Source: Macrostomum hystrix
Lineage: Eukaryota > Animalia > Platyhelminthes
Assembly (NCBI GenBank): GCA_950097015.1
Contig: CATNEN010000003.1
Span: 5,084,001-5,148,000 of the forward strand
Direction of reading: 5' to 3'
DNA length: 64,000 bases
Position 1 is the first letter of the stretch, and each line of letters opens with the position of its first letter. This document shows, in pieces, positions 10,595 through 21,956 of this stretch. The position numbers were made by a program, and so were the translations under genes. The notes below the pieces were generated by a model. That model saw only the letters and a list, made by a program, of their open reading frames with translations. It had not been told where the DNA came from and did no database searches.

Positions 10595-10825
10595 AATACA
10601 TTTTCCTTATTCAATCGAACTAAACTTGCTGCACCCAAAACTGTTGCCCGTTTCTGCGCACCGTTTTTCCTACATACTTTAATTGATAATTAAAAGAAAC
10701 AAATATAAGCGTCCAAATTTTGTCAGCTTCTGGCACATGGCGGCTTGGCGCAGTTTGTGCCATAGACATGCCATTATCGCTGAGTGATCGTTGATACCAT
10801 AATACGTTGCTGAAGCCTTATAATG

Positions 10826-11540
10826 ACTAGGGAGAGACCTATGAGGACTGGGGAGAGACCTATAAGGACTAGAGAGAGACCTATGAGGACTGTGGAGATA
10901 CCTATAAGGACTAGAGAGAGACCTATGAGGACTGGGGAGAGACCTATAAGGACTAGAGAGACCTATGAGGACTGGGGAGAGACTTATGAGGACTGGGGAG
11001 AGACCTATGAGGACTGGGGAGAGACTTATGAGGACTGGGGAGAGACTTATGAGGACTGGGGAGAGACCTATGAGGACTGGGGAGAGACTTATGAGGACTG
11101 GGGAGAGACTTATGAGGACTGGGGAGAGACCTATAAGGACTAGAGAGAGACCTATGAGGACTGGGGAGAGACCTATGAGGACTGGGGAGAGACCTATAAG
11201 GACTGGGGAGAGACCTATAAGGACTAGAGAGACCTATGAGGACTGGGGAGAGACTTATGAGGACTGGGGAGAGACCTATGAGGACTGGGGAGAGACTTAT
11301 GAGGACTGGGGAGAGACTTATGAGGACTGGGGAGAGACCTATAAGGACTAGAGAGAGACCTATGAGGACTGGGGAGAGACTTATGAGGACTGGGGAGAGA
11401 CCTATGAGGACTGGGGAGAGACCTATGAGGACTGGGGAGAGACCTATAAGGACTAGAGAGAGACCTATGAGGACTGGGGAGAGACCTATAAGGACTAGAG
11501 AGAGACCTATGAGGACTGGGAAGAGATCTATAAGGACTTG
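10826..11540 (+). repeat. 21-bp minisatellite, right array
   Basis: About 34 units with recurring TATAAGGACTAGAGAG variants. Confidence 0.97.
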
Positions 11541-11589
11541 GGTGAGTCAAGTCAGCCAAGTCAAAACTTCTAATTACCTTTACCTGTCA

Positions 11590-11770
11590 GTGGTACAGTC
11601 GCAGCCATTGCGCAAGCGTCCAAAGGCTGCTTGCGGCTGTTCAGTCCATGGACAGGTAGGGAGGCGCTACGCTCACGCAAAGTTTTACCCCAGCTAATGC
11701 TGGTACCCATTTTACAGCTGGGTGAACTGAACCAGTCGGGAAATTAGTGTCTTGCTCAAGGACACATGTT
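11590..11770 (-). mobile_element. SINE fragment lacking the tRNA head
   Basis: Reverse complement of the TGTGTCCTTGAGCAAGACAC...CACCCAGCTGTAAATGGGTACCAGC core also seen at 26908 and 56176. Confidence 0.75.
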
Positions 11771-12454
11771 GTTTCGCCTTGGCACCAGGTAAAATTACTT
11801 ACGCCTGAGCAACAGGATACACGAAGAAATATCCAGTGGTGACACGAATTTCAGCGCCATGCGAAGAATAAACCAGCAGTTGTTGAGACCCATTGTTTCG
11901 ATTCCCGTCCGCTTGTGCTGACAGGCCCTGGAGAACAATTAGAAGATTTCGTTTTCGAGTATGAGCTCTGATCACCCAGCTGCATCGTTTGAAGTCGAAC
12001 CTATTTGCCGCAGCCTCGTGAACCACCAGTGGCACAATGGTCTCATCTCGGTTGTAGTAGTCGTCCATTTCAATGGAAGTCGTCAGGCCGTTGGCGCAGT
12101 AGTGGTTTCCCGCGTAACATCTGAAGTTTTTTTTACAAAAATGCATGTGTTCAGTTCTGTAGCTTGTGTTATTTAGAAAAAAGATTAGGATCAGGCTTAC
12201 TCACAGCTGGGGGACCTGGAAAGTCCAAATAAGCCATATGCTTATCAAGTTCTACAATGAATAGTTTGTTCATTTTCTCTTTATGAAGGGAATGAAGAGA
12301 AGACGATTCCTTAACAAGCAATAAAAGCTCCTTCAACTTGAAAGCAGTGTTTTTTCAATACGAAGTCTTACCCGAATGGACTTGTTTCATGGACTTGTAC
12401 CCCATCCAGCAGTAAAAAAATAACGCATTTAAATATGCGTTAACGCAACTTTTC

Positions 12455-13445
12455 TTTGAAATGCGCACGCCGATTGGATGCTGATTTTTTGTTTATTTGA
12501 TGTTGGTAAAAAGGCGATAGGAAAACAGTTGCATTCGTAAGATTTATTTTAGGTGAATAAAATATTTGACATTAGTAAACAAAGGCATTAAAACAAAAAA
12601 CGAAATATTGAAATCTTAAAGAGAAAATTAAAACGGTGGTTGAAATCACTTCGCATCCGAAAGGAGTGTAGGGTACTGCTTCGGTTGACGGCTCTTGGAG
12701 ATGCTGGATTGGTGCAGGAAGCTCGGTCGATAGGCCTTTGTTAGCCCGTGTTGGCGTGGTTGATTGGTCGTCGAAGGAGTCCTGCGTTGCTGTGGAGTTG
12801 CTGCGGAATCGGATGATTGCTGAGTGGATTGTGAGGCATTGTTGACGATGGTACATGCGATGTGCTGACGGTGATGATGACGGGCGAAAGTTCAGGCGAT
12901 ATTTTTACATGTTGGTTTGTTGTCCTGCCCCTGACGGGGCTTCGGCGCCTCACCGGACCAGTTGTAGGGGTTTGATTCCCAAAAAAGGGTTAGAGCGAGG
13001 CAGTGGTTTTCTCTTTTGTTGATTATCAATGAGAGCGTGCGCTCGAAGGGTTGAAGAAAATGACGTCGATGGTGGCTCTATATTTATAGATGAAAACATG
13101 CATTTCTGGAAAATTCTAGAAAGTTACAAGAGTTATAACAAAGCTAGTGCAATACAGTTTAAGTAACTTTAATATTGTAGCGCGTGATGATGTTATTCAC
13201 ATGGATGATATATGATTATAGTTATTATGTGCTTTACCGATCATTCGTTCTTAGAGTGGAAGTTTCTAGAAAAATATTGAAAAGTCAATTTGTAGTTTTA
13301 CGGTGAATTTACGGTGAAAAGTAATGATATTTGATTATAGTTATTATAATTTTCTGGAATGGCAAGTACGGTACGATGGAAGGTCATGATGAGACGCTAC
13401 AGGAGAATATAGCTATTGTGTTTTTGCGAGTTCCGATCAAATATA
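12455..13445. repeat. Interspersed repeat interrupted by a solo LTR; uninterrupted inverted copy at about 20195-20465
   Basis: 12455-12666 joined to 13402-13445 aligns to the reverse complement of 20195-20465. Confidence 0.8.
12667..13401 (-). mobile_element. Solo LTR (735 bp) with GGAG target site duplication
   Basis: TGTAG...CTACA termini; GGAG at 12663-12666 and 13402-13405; the empty site is visible in the paralog near 20230. Confidence 0.88.
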
Positions 13446-13644
13446 AGAAAACCAAAAGTCCAACTACAATTTCTTTTTTGTGATTTGTCAGTGGAAGATG
13501 TTTAGGAGCTATCTTAAATTAGGCAGTTGGTATTTGGAATAACCCTGTTGTCTTTCCCCAGGCAACAATAGCGTGGTATATGGTCAGGCTTAAGAGGTTA
13601 AGAGTCATTATCCGATAGTGCCATTGTCTGTTTGCCATTTAAAG

Positions 13645-14305
13645 TTATTCGCTTTCGGTCGATATAACGGGCCGATCGTCCTGTCCGCGCCTGCGCGGTC
13701 CCTGCGAAGTCCACTTAAGCACACCCTGCAGCGGCTCGGTGCAGTAGGCTTCAGCCCTGATCACGTGCCCAGCAAGCCGCAGGCGCCGCTGTCTCAGCAG
13801 GTCGGAAGGACGCGTCAGTCGCGCTCGCTTGTACAGTGAGTCGGTCGTCTCGCTTAGAGTCCAGGTCTCCGCATTATAGAGCAACACGGTCTCAACGACC
13901 GCCTGGAAGAGCTGCGACCTGGCGCTGTCCGTCAGCGCGCCTGAAAGCAGCACAGTGCGCACTGATCGAAAGGCGGCCCAGCCTTGCCGCGCCGTCTCGC
14001 CAAATCGTCGCTCACGTCCGGCACTAGTCCGCCGAGATAAACATACTTGGCGGCACCTCGCAATCCGGGTCTCGTGGCCGCTGTCGTCTCGGAGCAGAAA
14101 CTCGGCCGGCAGATTGTGCCGCACCGTCAGCACCTCGGTCTTCTGCGCGTTCACGATGAGACCGACTCTCGCCGCCGCCTAATTTTTCAGGCCATCCAGC
14201 AGCCGTTGGGCGCCTTCGAAGACAGCAGCGCAATGTCGTCTGCGTATAGCCGAGAGCGTAAAGCCTCTTCTCGGGGTGCTGTCGGCTCGTGCGCCGACAC
14301 AGCAT
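13645..14305 (-). pseudogene. RTE-like LINE reverse transcriptase C-terminal fragment
   Basis: YADDIALL (about 14225-14248), LFQAVVETVLLYNAETWTLS, RRLRLAGHVIR; frameshifted and 5'-truncated. Confidence 0.88.
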
Positions 14306-15049
14306 GAAGCCGTGGTATGATCGTAGGTACGGTATTTTCGTGGTATGCAGAAATATCGATTGATGATGTATTTTTCAGCAGCTTGACTTTAGACAGTCAA
14401 ATGAAAATACAAATTGATTGCAGATCAATCAAAATCTGAATACTTTGAAAATAATAATACCCCAAATCGGCTAAGTAGTACCCGAATGGGGTACTAATTG
14501 GGGCAAAAACAACGCTTGGAATGCCGCGCGGAGCAGGCTTAAGTGCGCTTTGGACCGCGCGTACCGATTAGTACGAGCATAAATACGGTCGTCTTTCACG
14601 TTGAGAACCATACAGTCGAGGTAGGTGAACTTCTGACAGCGAGCGAGCTGGTTAACGAGCGGGCTAAGTAACGAATGGTTATCTATTGCGTTATCTATCA
14701 ATCTAGCGCTTGACTGGTTATTGATATCTACGAGTATCTATCGCCTGAAACTCTGTGACTTCTGTGTAGAACATGGATCAATATACCCGCAGTACCGGCG
14801 CTGAGGATGGTCTAGTTGCTCACTTAAGGATCTAAAAAGTTCAATGTGATACTAGTTAAAAAATGCACGTGAAAAATGGGTAATTAAATAATAATGCTTC
14901 ACAAATATTTCTCTTCTTTTTCTACGAGCGTATATTGAAATGGAAAAGCTAGACAATATTATCACTTCTGATTTACTAATTGTTTATTGTGCCATTTGTT
15001 TAAATTGCTGATTATCCTCTACTCTCATCTTGTCTCTGTAACACACTAA

Positions 15050-15332
15050 AGGCCAGGGAACGAACCTCGCGCTGGCAGACCGATACCGGTTTCTGGCTTG
15101 TTTGCCTTCGTCAGTCAGCCATAGCCACACGCCGCCCTCTCCCACCACTCTTAGAGTGCACAGAAGTCTGTTTTAAGCTTGCCATTTTTATGGCGATACT
15201 TTTTTGTGTTATGTGAGACTTTTGCAGCCACGTCTTTGCTTTTCTACTGTTGTCAGTAGTCTAAATTGCATCTCTCACAGTCTCGTATCTACTTCTCTCG
15301 TCTCCTCTCATCTCGTATATGTGCCCTGGCCC
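15050..15332. mobile_element. MITE, PIF/Harbinger-like
   Basis: Imperfect TIRs AGGCCAGGGAAC / GTGCCCTGGCCC flanked by TAA on both sides. Confidence 0.6.
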
Positions 15333-15672
15333 TAAAAGCAAATCCTATTTGTTTAAAATTTTTATGGGTAAAAGAAATGACCTGAAAATGTACTCGTGAA
15401 ATATATATGTTCTAAAATAGGTCCAGAATGATTGATTACCTTGGAAACGTGGCAAGTCAGCAGCAAAATACTGGGCTTATCATCAGCAGGGACGCCAGCA
15501 ATTCTGGATCGCATCTCGCGACCATGAGATCTTTCAGCACCCTGCCTCTTTGCCACTCGCTTTTGCCACGTTCTGGACTCTTATATGCACTCAAGCTTAA
15601 GCATTGTTTCGCTAAAAGAATAAAGTACGAGTACATTATTGGAGTCAAATACCGCATGAACAATTATCAAAG

Positions 15673-15825
15673 GGAGTTGTTGCCTAGAGGTTAGACCGTC
15701 GGAATCGCGACCACTTGAGAGGGCTTTCATTCTGGACTCCACTGGAACAATTTGTGTCCTTTAGCAAGACACTTAACCATGCAGTGCTTCAGTTCACCGA
15801 GCTGTTAAATGGTTGCCAGCATTAA
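15673..15825 (+). mobile_element. tRNA-derived SINE, diverged
   Basis: tRNA-like head (GCCTAGAGGTTAGA) plus the shared core TGTGTCC..AGCAAGACACTTAAC..CAGTTCACC.AGCTGTTAAATGG. Confidence 0.75.
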
Positions 15826-16312
15826 AATTGCGTTGATCAATGTTCTTGAAGGTGAGTGTGGCGTGCACTACGGGCATTGGCATGCACATAATTTGGTGAC
15901 ACTAGACTCTCCTCTCCTCTCCTCTCCTCTCCTCTCCTCTCCTCTCCTCCCGTCTCCTCTCCTCTCCTCTCCTCTCGTCTCCGAGCTTCTGTCCTATCTT
16001 CTCTTCTGGTCTCGTCTCTTTCTTGCGCACTCGTTTATTCAATAGATATTAGCCTTTTTTATTTTGTTAGCTTTTTATAGTCTTGCATATTTTTCTAGAC
16101 GCCACATGAATCTAATCTAAGAGGCCTTCCGAAAAGCAAGTATATAGACTTTCTGCGTGTTAAAAATTACTTTTAAACATTTTAAAAGAATCAGATGTAC
16201 GAGTAACAAACAACACAAGCAATAAACTAAAATAGCAACAAAAGACTAGGGGCCTTCTATGAATCTTGAAGATCCGCAAGTTAAAACTTTGAGTGCGATG
16301 TTTACACTGTCG

Positions 16313-19045
16313 AGATAAGCAGCCCAGACGAAAATTATCTCAAGTAAGCTATATGGTGCTCTAACTCTGTATGGTACAGGGACAGGGAATGAACAGAAAA
16401 TTCTCAACAAGTACTACAATGTGGTGGTTATAAAGGAAGGAAAAAATAGTTACTTTGTGCACATTCTATTCACGGGCTAGCTTTGCGTACTCTTGTGAAT
16501 AGGGGTGTTCGGGTTTCCATTTTTCCGGGTTTGGGGTATACCTCGAACCCGGTACACTGACCCCGAACCCGGAACCCGACCCGGACTTGAAACCCGACCC
16601 CGAACTTTACCCGACCATCTCCTGGACTTGGAGTCATGGTTGAGGACAGTATGCTTGTCTTAAAATACCAGTATTCCGCCTTTTCCTCGTTCTACTTTTC
16701 AATTGTTAACTCTTCTCCCCACTATGACTACACTACTCAACTCCTCAGTCGTACTCTTCAGAGTAGGTAGACTCTGACCTACCTGAATGTGTTCATATTT
16801 ATCTGCTCTTATAGTCTCAGACATGCTGCTATGCTGCGATGTTTAGATAAGCAGCCCAGACGAAAATTATCTCAAGTAAGCTTTATGGTGCTCTAACTCT
16901 GTATGGTACAGGGACAGGGAATGAACAGAATTCTAAACAAGTACGACAATGTGGCGGTTAAAAAGGAAGGACAAAAATAGTTACTTTGTGTACATTCTAT
17001 GCACGGGCTGGCTTTGCGTACAATGTGCAAAAGCCTACTGTACGAAGCAAACCGAAGTTCCCTTTTTAAAGTACACAAAATCCGTCATTTTAAAATTGAT
17101 CTACACTGTATACTAACTGAAGTTCCCTTGTGTTTATAAGGGATCTGTGAAGCAGCTGAATGTGCAAAAGCTTACTGTACGAAGCAAACAAAAGTTCCTT
17201 TTTTAAAGTACACATATTCAATAATTTTCCAATTAATTTAGACTGTACTAAACTGAAGTTCCCAATGTTTATGTACAGATATCATTCGAGCTAGTTAATT
17301 TTAAATGAAATAATCAACTTTTATGTTATATATATTTTTTGTTCTGACAATCGAGAATTCGACTCTCCTTTGGTATTCATACACTTGTAATTGTATGTTA
17401 ATAGCATATTAAGGCTTTCTCGATTCGATTCTAACCCAATAACCCGTTTGCCTCTCGCACCAAGGTCCCTATTCCCTAAGCTCGATTCTGCAGTGAGGCC
17501 GCATTCATTTGGGGCGCAGCTACAGAGAGAAGGCTGGGGGCTTGTCGTGCAATTGAGGACCAACCTCCAAGGCACAGTGAGGGTGTACACTGCCTGACGA
17601 TGAGAAGTCAGGGCCGATGCACACGACACACCCGTGTTAGTACGGTAGTACGGTATCTGTGAGCCTGCGTACAGTATCTGGTGCGTGTGTGCTCAGGAGT
17701 CATCGAAATGGGCAGAATTGCCTCCTGACTGGGTACGGGTCTATTGTCACCAAATGATGTGCCATTGCCCGCAGCTCTGCTACAATTATTATTATTTGAA
17801 TACTATTAATTATAAAATATATAAATATATATATTATTATTTATATAGCAGTACATCTTTGTAAAAAAAGTAAAAAACTTACCGTTATTTTGTTTAGCCA
17901 CATTTTGCCGGATACATATGTCGATCGAACGCGTATAGATCACGGAAGCTTTTATGTTAATTGTACTGGCGAAAACACACATTTTCTGGTTAAATACAGT
18001 GATGGGGGTTATTCCATGGGAAATCCATTTTAAGAACTGTTTCATTGCTTGGAAAGAAGTAAGGGTAGATTTCATTTTTTATTAGAAATTTAAGGCAATA
18101 ATAGAGGTACCAGTGAGATAGGAAGTTTTCTATGTTCACACTAAAATTCCAATTTTTATTGGAAGCATATATCCATGGCAGTTGTTTAGTTATCAATTTG
18201 TCATAAGCACTACTTTTTAAACTAACATTTCTGCCGCTAACCAAAGTTGTGAAAAAGGTTTTTCATTTCTTTTCACTTGCTGATATTACAATTTAGGTAG
18301 CGTTCCTTTCATTATTGGCCGCATATTGATGTCTTATAATAAAGTTTCTAAATAATTTGCTTTTATAATAGTTCTAAAGCCTATAGACCTCAGCTTTTCC
18401 TTCTATTATCTAATCTACGAGCTATCATCATTCTTGGATAGGTTAATTGCTTTCTTTATTTCTTTGCTCGGCTCTCAGGAGACTCCATACATATACGTTT
18501 GGAGGGCGGGTAGTGCGCCTGACCGACACAAAAGGGCAGCCCCCCCTACAATCACCGCCCTAGCTGCATGGCCAGGGTAAGGCTTACACCGAGCAAAAGC
18601 AGCATGCGACAGAGCTGACACGAGCCCCTGGGCAATACTGAGGCAATACCGGGACGATTCCGGGGCGATTCCGGGGCGATTCCGAGGCAGTTCCGTGGCA
18701 ATTCCGAGACGAATTTAAATTAGACATTCCCTGAATTTCAAATGGCCTAATTAACAATGTCACGAAATTTCGTAATAAAAAATCTGACTTGAAAGCGCAT
18801 TCACACATCCCCCCCCAAAAGGCATCCCTAAACCCCACATCCCCAAATCCCACATCCCGAATCCCACATCCCCGAATCCCACATCCGTGAAATCCCACAT
18901 CCCCAAATCCCACAGATCCGAATCGCACATTCGAAAATCCCACATCCCCGAATCCCGCATCCTTAAATACCACATCCTAAATCCCACATCCCCAAATTCC
19001 ACATCCCCAAACCCCACCTCCCCAAACCTCACAGCCCCAAATCCC
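16313..19045 (+). repeat. Composite repeat block largely duplicated at about 22778-24340
   Basis: 16862-17020 and 16490-16830 match 22778-23370; 17638-18141 matches 23440-23953; 18585-18960 matches 23971-24340. Internal duplicate 16313-16490 vs 16845-17020. Confidence 0.85.
16500..16620 (+). mobile_element. hAT-like transposon end with ACCCG subterminal repeats (second copy at about 22948-23105)
   Basis: TAGGGGTGTTCGGGT start followed by clustered ACCCGA/ACCCGG motifs; no matching right end seen. Confidence 0.45.
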
Positions 19046-19129
19046 TTTGTAAGGTGTGTTTCGTTTAATAAAAAACATCTAAAATTGTGTTTTTTTACAA
19101 ACTGAAAACTAGCCAGAACGTATAAGTTT

Positions 19130-20190
19130 GGAACTTTTTAAATATTGGGTTTCACATGAACGTGAAGGGAACAATTGATACTCATGCCATAGAACTAGGT
19201 AAAAAGTGGATATACAATAATGCTTCTGAGAAAGTTGGCGGGATTTCAGAGATTAAAACATAAACAGCTCATCTTGTTTAGCACAACTATGATTGAAAGC
19301 ATAGTTCTCTATGCATCAGAGGCCTGGGGAGCCTTTGTCTCCTGGAAACTGGTACTTGGAATCGGAACCTTATAGAGAGAATTAATTTTAGAATCTGCAA
19401 GTCGATTCTGCAAGTTAGTCCAAACACTGACAGCAATGGTGCTCGGTCCGAATTAGGAAGACCACTATAGTATTCAAAAAAGATGCCTTCAATACTGGTC
19501 CTCAGTTCGGAGCCGACCAGACTCCATTATCGCGAAATAGGTGGCAGATACAGAATACAGCGATGTTGGCATTGGGGAAAAATGAATAGTGAAGTAATGC
19601 GGAATTGTCAACGGACTAGAAAAACAGTACTCCATCAAAACGCACAGAGAGAACTTTGAGTCAGAGTTCCGAAGGCACTGGACTCAGAGGATGGGAAAAT
19701 CAGCCAAGCTCAGCCACTTCTATTACACGTTTAAGAAAGATTCCTACAGAGAAAGTACCTAACAATAATCTCCAACCCAGAACAAAGGCGCACAATGTCC
19801 CGATTTCGTCTAGGAAACCACAAACTGGCCGAGACATTGCCAGTGTCTGTAAGAGACTGTAAGACCGAAAATCGCCTATGAAAACAGAACATGTCCAAAA
19901 TGTAGAGTCGAGGTAGAGAGCGAAACTCATATTCTATTTAGATGCGATTGGTCCGTTTATGTTCCAATTAGAAATAAATTCATAGAGAAAGTGTCAGGCA
20001 CTGTTCGAAATTTCGAAAGCCGAACAGCTGATGACAAAATTGTGTATTTAATGACACAGGAAAGCACAGAATTAACAGAAAGTTTTGTGGACTTCATAGA
20101 AATCATATACTTAAAGCTAGATAAAAAGGCCACTGCCCTGAGGCCCATAGTTAGAATGCTGGATTATAGTTTGAGTTTTAGTTTTCGAAA
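19130..20190 (+). pseudogene. Degenerate LINE ORF2 3' fragment
   Basis: Remnants such as MIESIVLYASEAWG and ETHILFRC (C-terminal Cys/His region); many stops and frameshifts. Confidence 0.6.
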
Positions 20191-20639
20191 GTAATATTTG
20201 ATAGTAACTCGCAAAAACGCAATAGCTATTCTCCTTTCGAGAGTAAGTGATTTCAGTCTGTTTTAATTTTCTCTTTAAGTTTCAATAGTTCATTTTTTGT
20301 TTTAATGCCTTTGTTTGCAAACTTAAAATATTTTATTCAACTAAAATTAAATCTTATGCATGCATGCTACTGTTTTTCTATCGCCGTTTTTATAAAATCG
20401 TTCAGCCTTGTTATCAACATCAAATAAACTAAATAATCAGCACTCAATAGGCGTGCGCACTTCAATAATAATAATAATAATAATGATATAGAAAAAAATG
20501 CAAGAAAATTTAAATAGCTTTTTGGGAAATGCATTTTTAGAATTTTTGGGAATTCGATCAATATTCTGCTTCAATTGAAATTAGACTAAGCTGAAATACT
20601 CTACGCGAAACTGAGTTCTTCCAGCAATTTACTGTAACA

Positions 20640-21078
20640 AAAACTTAGCATCATTAATAAAGGTAGCATGCGAAGTGTTTTTTCGTATTGAAAAAAATGT
20701 GTTTTTTTGCTAACCCTTCGGCATGTCGATATAGAAGAATGGGTTTAAAACACCCGAATATGACTAACAGTTGATCTAGACCACGGGGTACATCTACGAA
20801 ACCGCAATATAACAAACCATCGGCATTGAAGTGATTAAACAGTTCAACAAGTATCAACGACTATTGCTAACCTATGGAAAGAACCGAAAGAAAATTAATA
20901 CTACGCAAACTTATTGTAACAACAAAATATGACTTCACGACGTCACAGTAGCATGCGAAGTGTTTTTTCGTATTGAAAAAAAATTGTGTTTTTTTGCTAA
21001 CCCTTCGGCATGTCGATATAGAAGAATGTTTAAAACAGCCGAATATGACTAACAGTTGATCTAGACCACGGGGTACAT
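20640..21078 (+). repeat. About 150-bp direct duplication
   Basis: GTAGCATGCGAAGTG...GACCACGGGGTACATC occurs at about 20663-20793 and about 20948-21079. Confidence 0.85.
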
Positions 21079-21632
21079 CAAATACCAACAGTTTTCTTTT
21101 TTCTGAAAATCTCTTAAAAGATTCAACCTATCGCCGTGTAAATCTAGAATAAGGGCTACATTTTCCGCTCTATCCGATGAAACAACTTCCGGAATGACAA
21201 AACATCGGCATCGTCGAGACATTCAAAGATTCTTGTCACAATGTTCAGTGGCAAAAACCATCAATATGTGCATAATTTTTCAGCTCATAAAAATTTATCA
21301 TGGAACTAATGTCGGCTGCACAAACTGATGTCCATCACTGATGGGACTCATATAATTGAACCAATACGGGTTCGCTTTAGAGGTATACACAGAGAAATTT
21401 AGTTGTCGAATTGTCACCAGAGTCTTCGACAAGATCGCTGAATATCTCGACGATGCTGACGTCGGACGGCTTTAAAGGTTTGATCATCGCAAAGCGCGGA
21501 AAATTTAGATCCAAATGGTGGACTTTCACGAAAATCGGTTATTCGGTTTGGGAGCTTTTGTGAATAGGCATTGGGTATTTGGAATGCCACCGTGGTCTTC
21601 CCCACGTTGAAAAAAGCATAGTCTTTCTATTG

Positions 21633-21956
21633 TTAATGGAAGAAGTAGGCCGGCCAGAAATCGCTCACCTCTCGGGCGCACAAGTGGGCTGGGCAAACTG
21701 GTGGGCCGCCGCTGCTGCTGCTGAGAAGTACGTCGGCTCGCAGTTCCCTTTGGCAGGCTGTGCACAGGCAGATGTGACCGCACGGGATGCAAGCGTAGGT
21801 AACTTCCCCTGATTGGCACCTGCGGCACAGCCTAACCAGCAGATACTCAAAGAACGGTACCTGCGGCTCCGAGAAGACTCGTGTTGGTGGCGGCTGCCAT
21901 TGCTCTTGCAGTAGCGGCGATGTTGTTGCGGTGCAATGGCCACCGGCGGCCGCCAT
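21633..21956 (-). CDS. Small C3HC4 RING-finger protein (107 aa, IAP/Mdm2/Neuralized-type RING at the C-terminus)
   Basis: CRRC-x9-IPCGHICLCTAC-x17-CPAHLC followed by a short aromatic tail; GC-rich intact ORF. Upstream exons cannot be excluded. Confidence 0.75.
   Translation of the reverse strand: MAAAGGHCTATTSPLLQEQWQPPPTRVFSEPQVPFFEYLLVRLCRRCQSGEVTYACIPCGHICLCTACQRELRADVLLSSSSGGPPVCPAHLCAREVSDFWPAYFFH

Noticed and set aside
3258-11548. GGGTGAGTC 9-bp direct repeat (3258-3266, 11540-11548) as a TSD
   Set aside because: It closely resembles a degenerate satellite unit (GGGAGAGAC) and cannot be distinguished from array decay.
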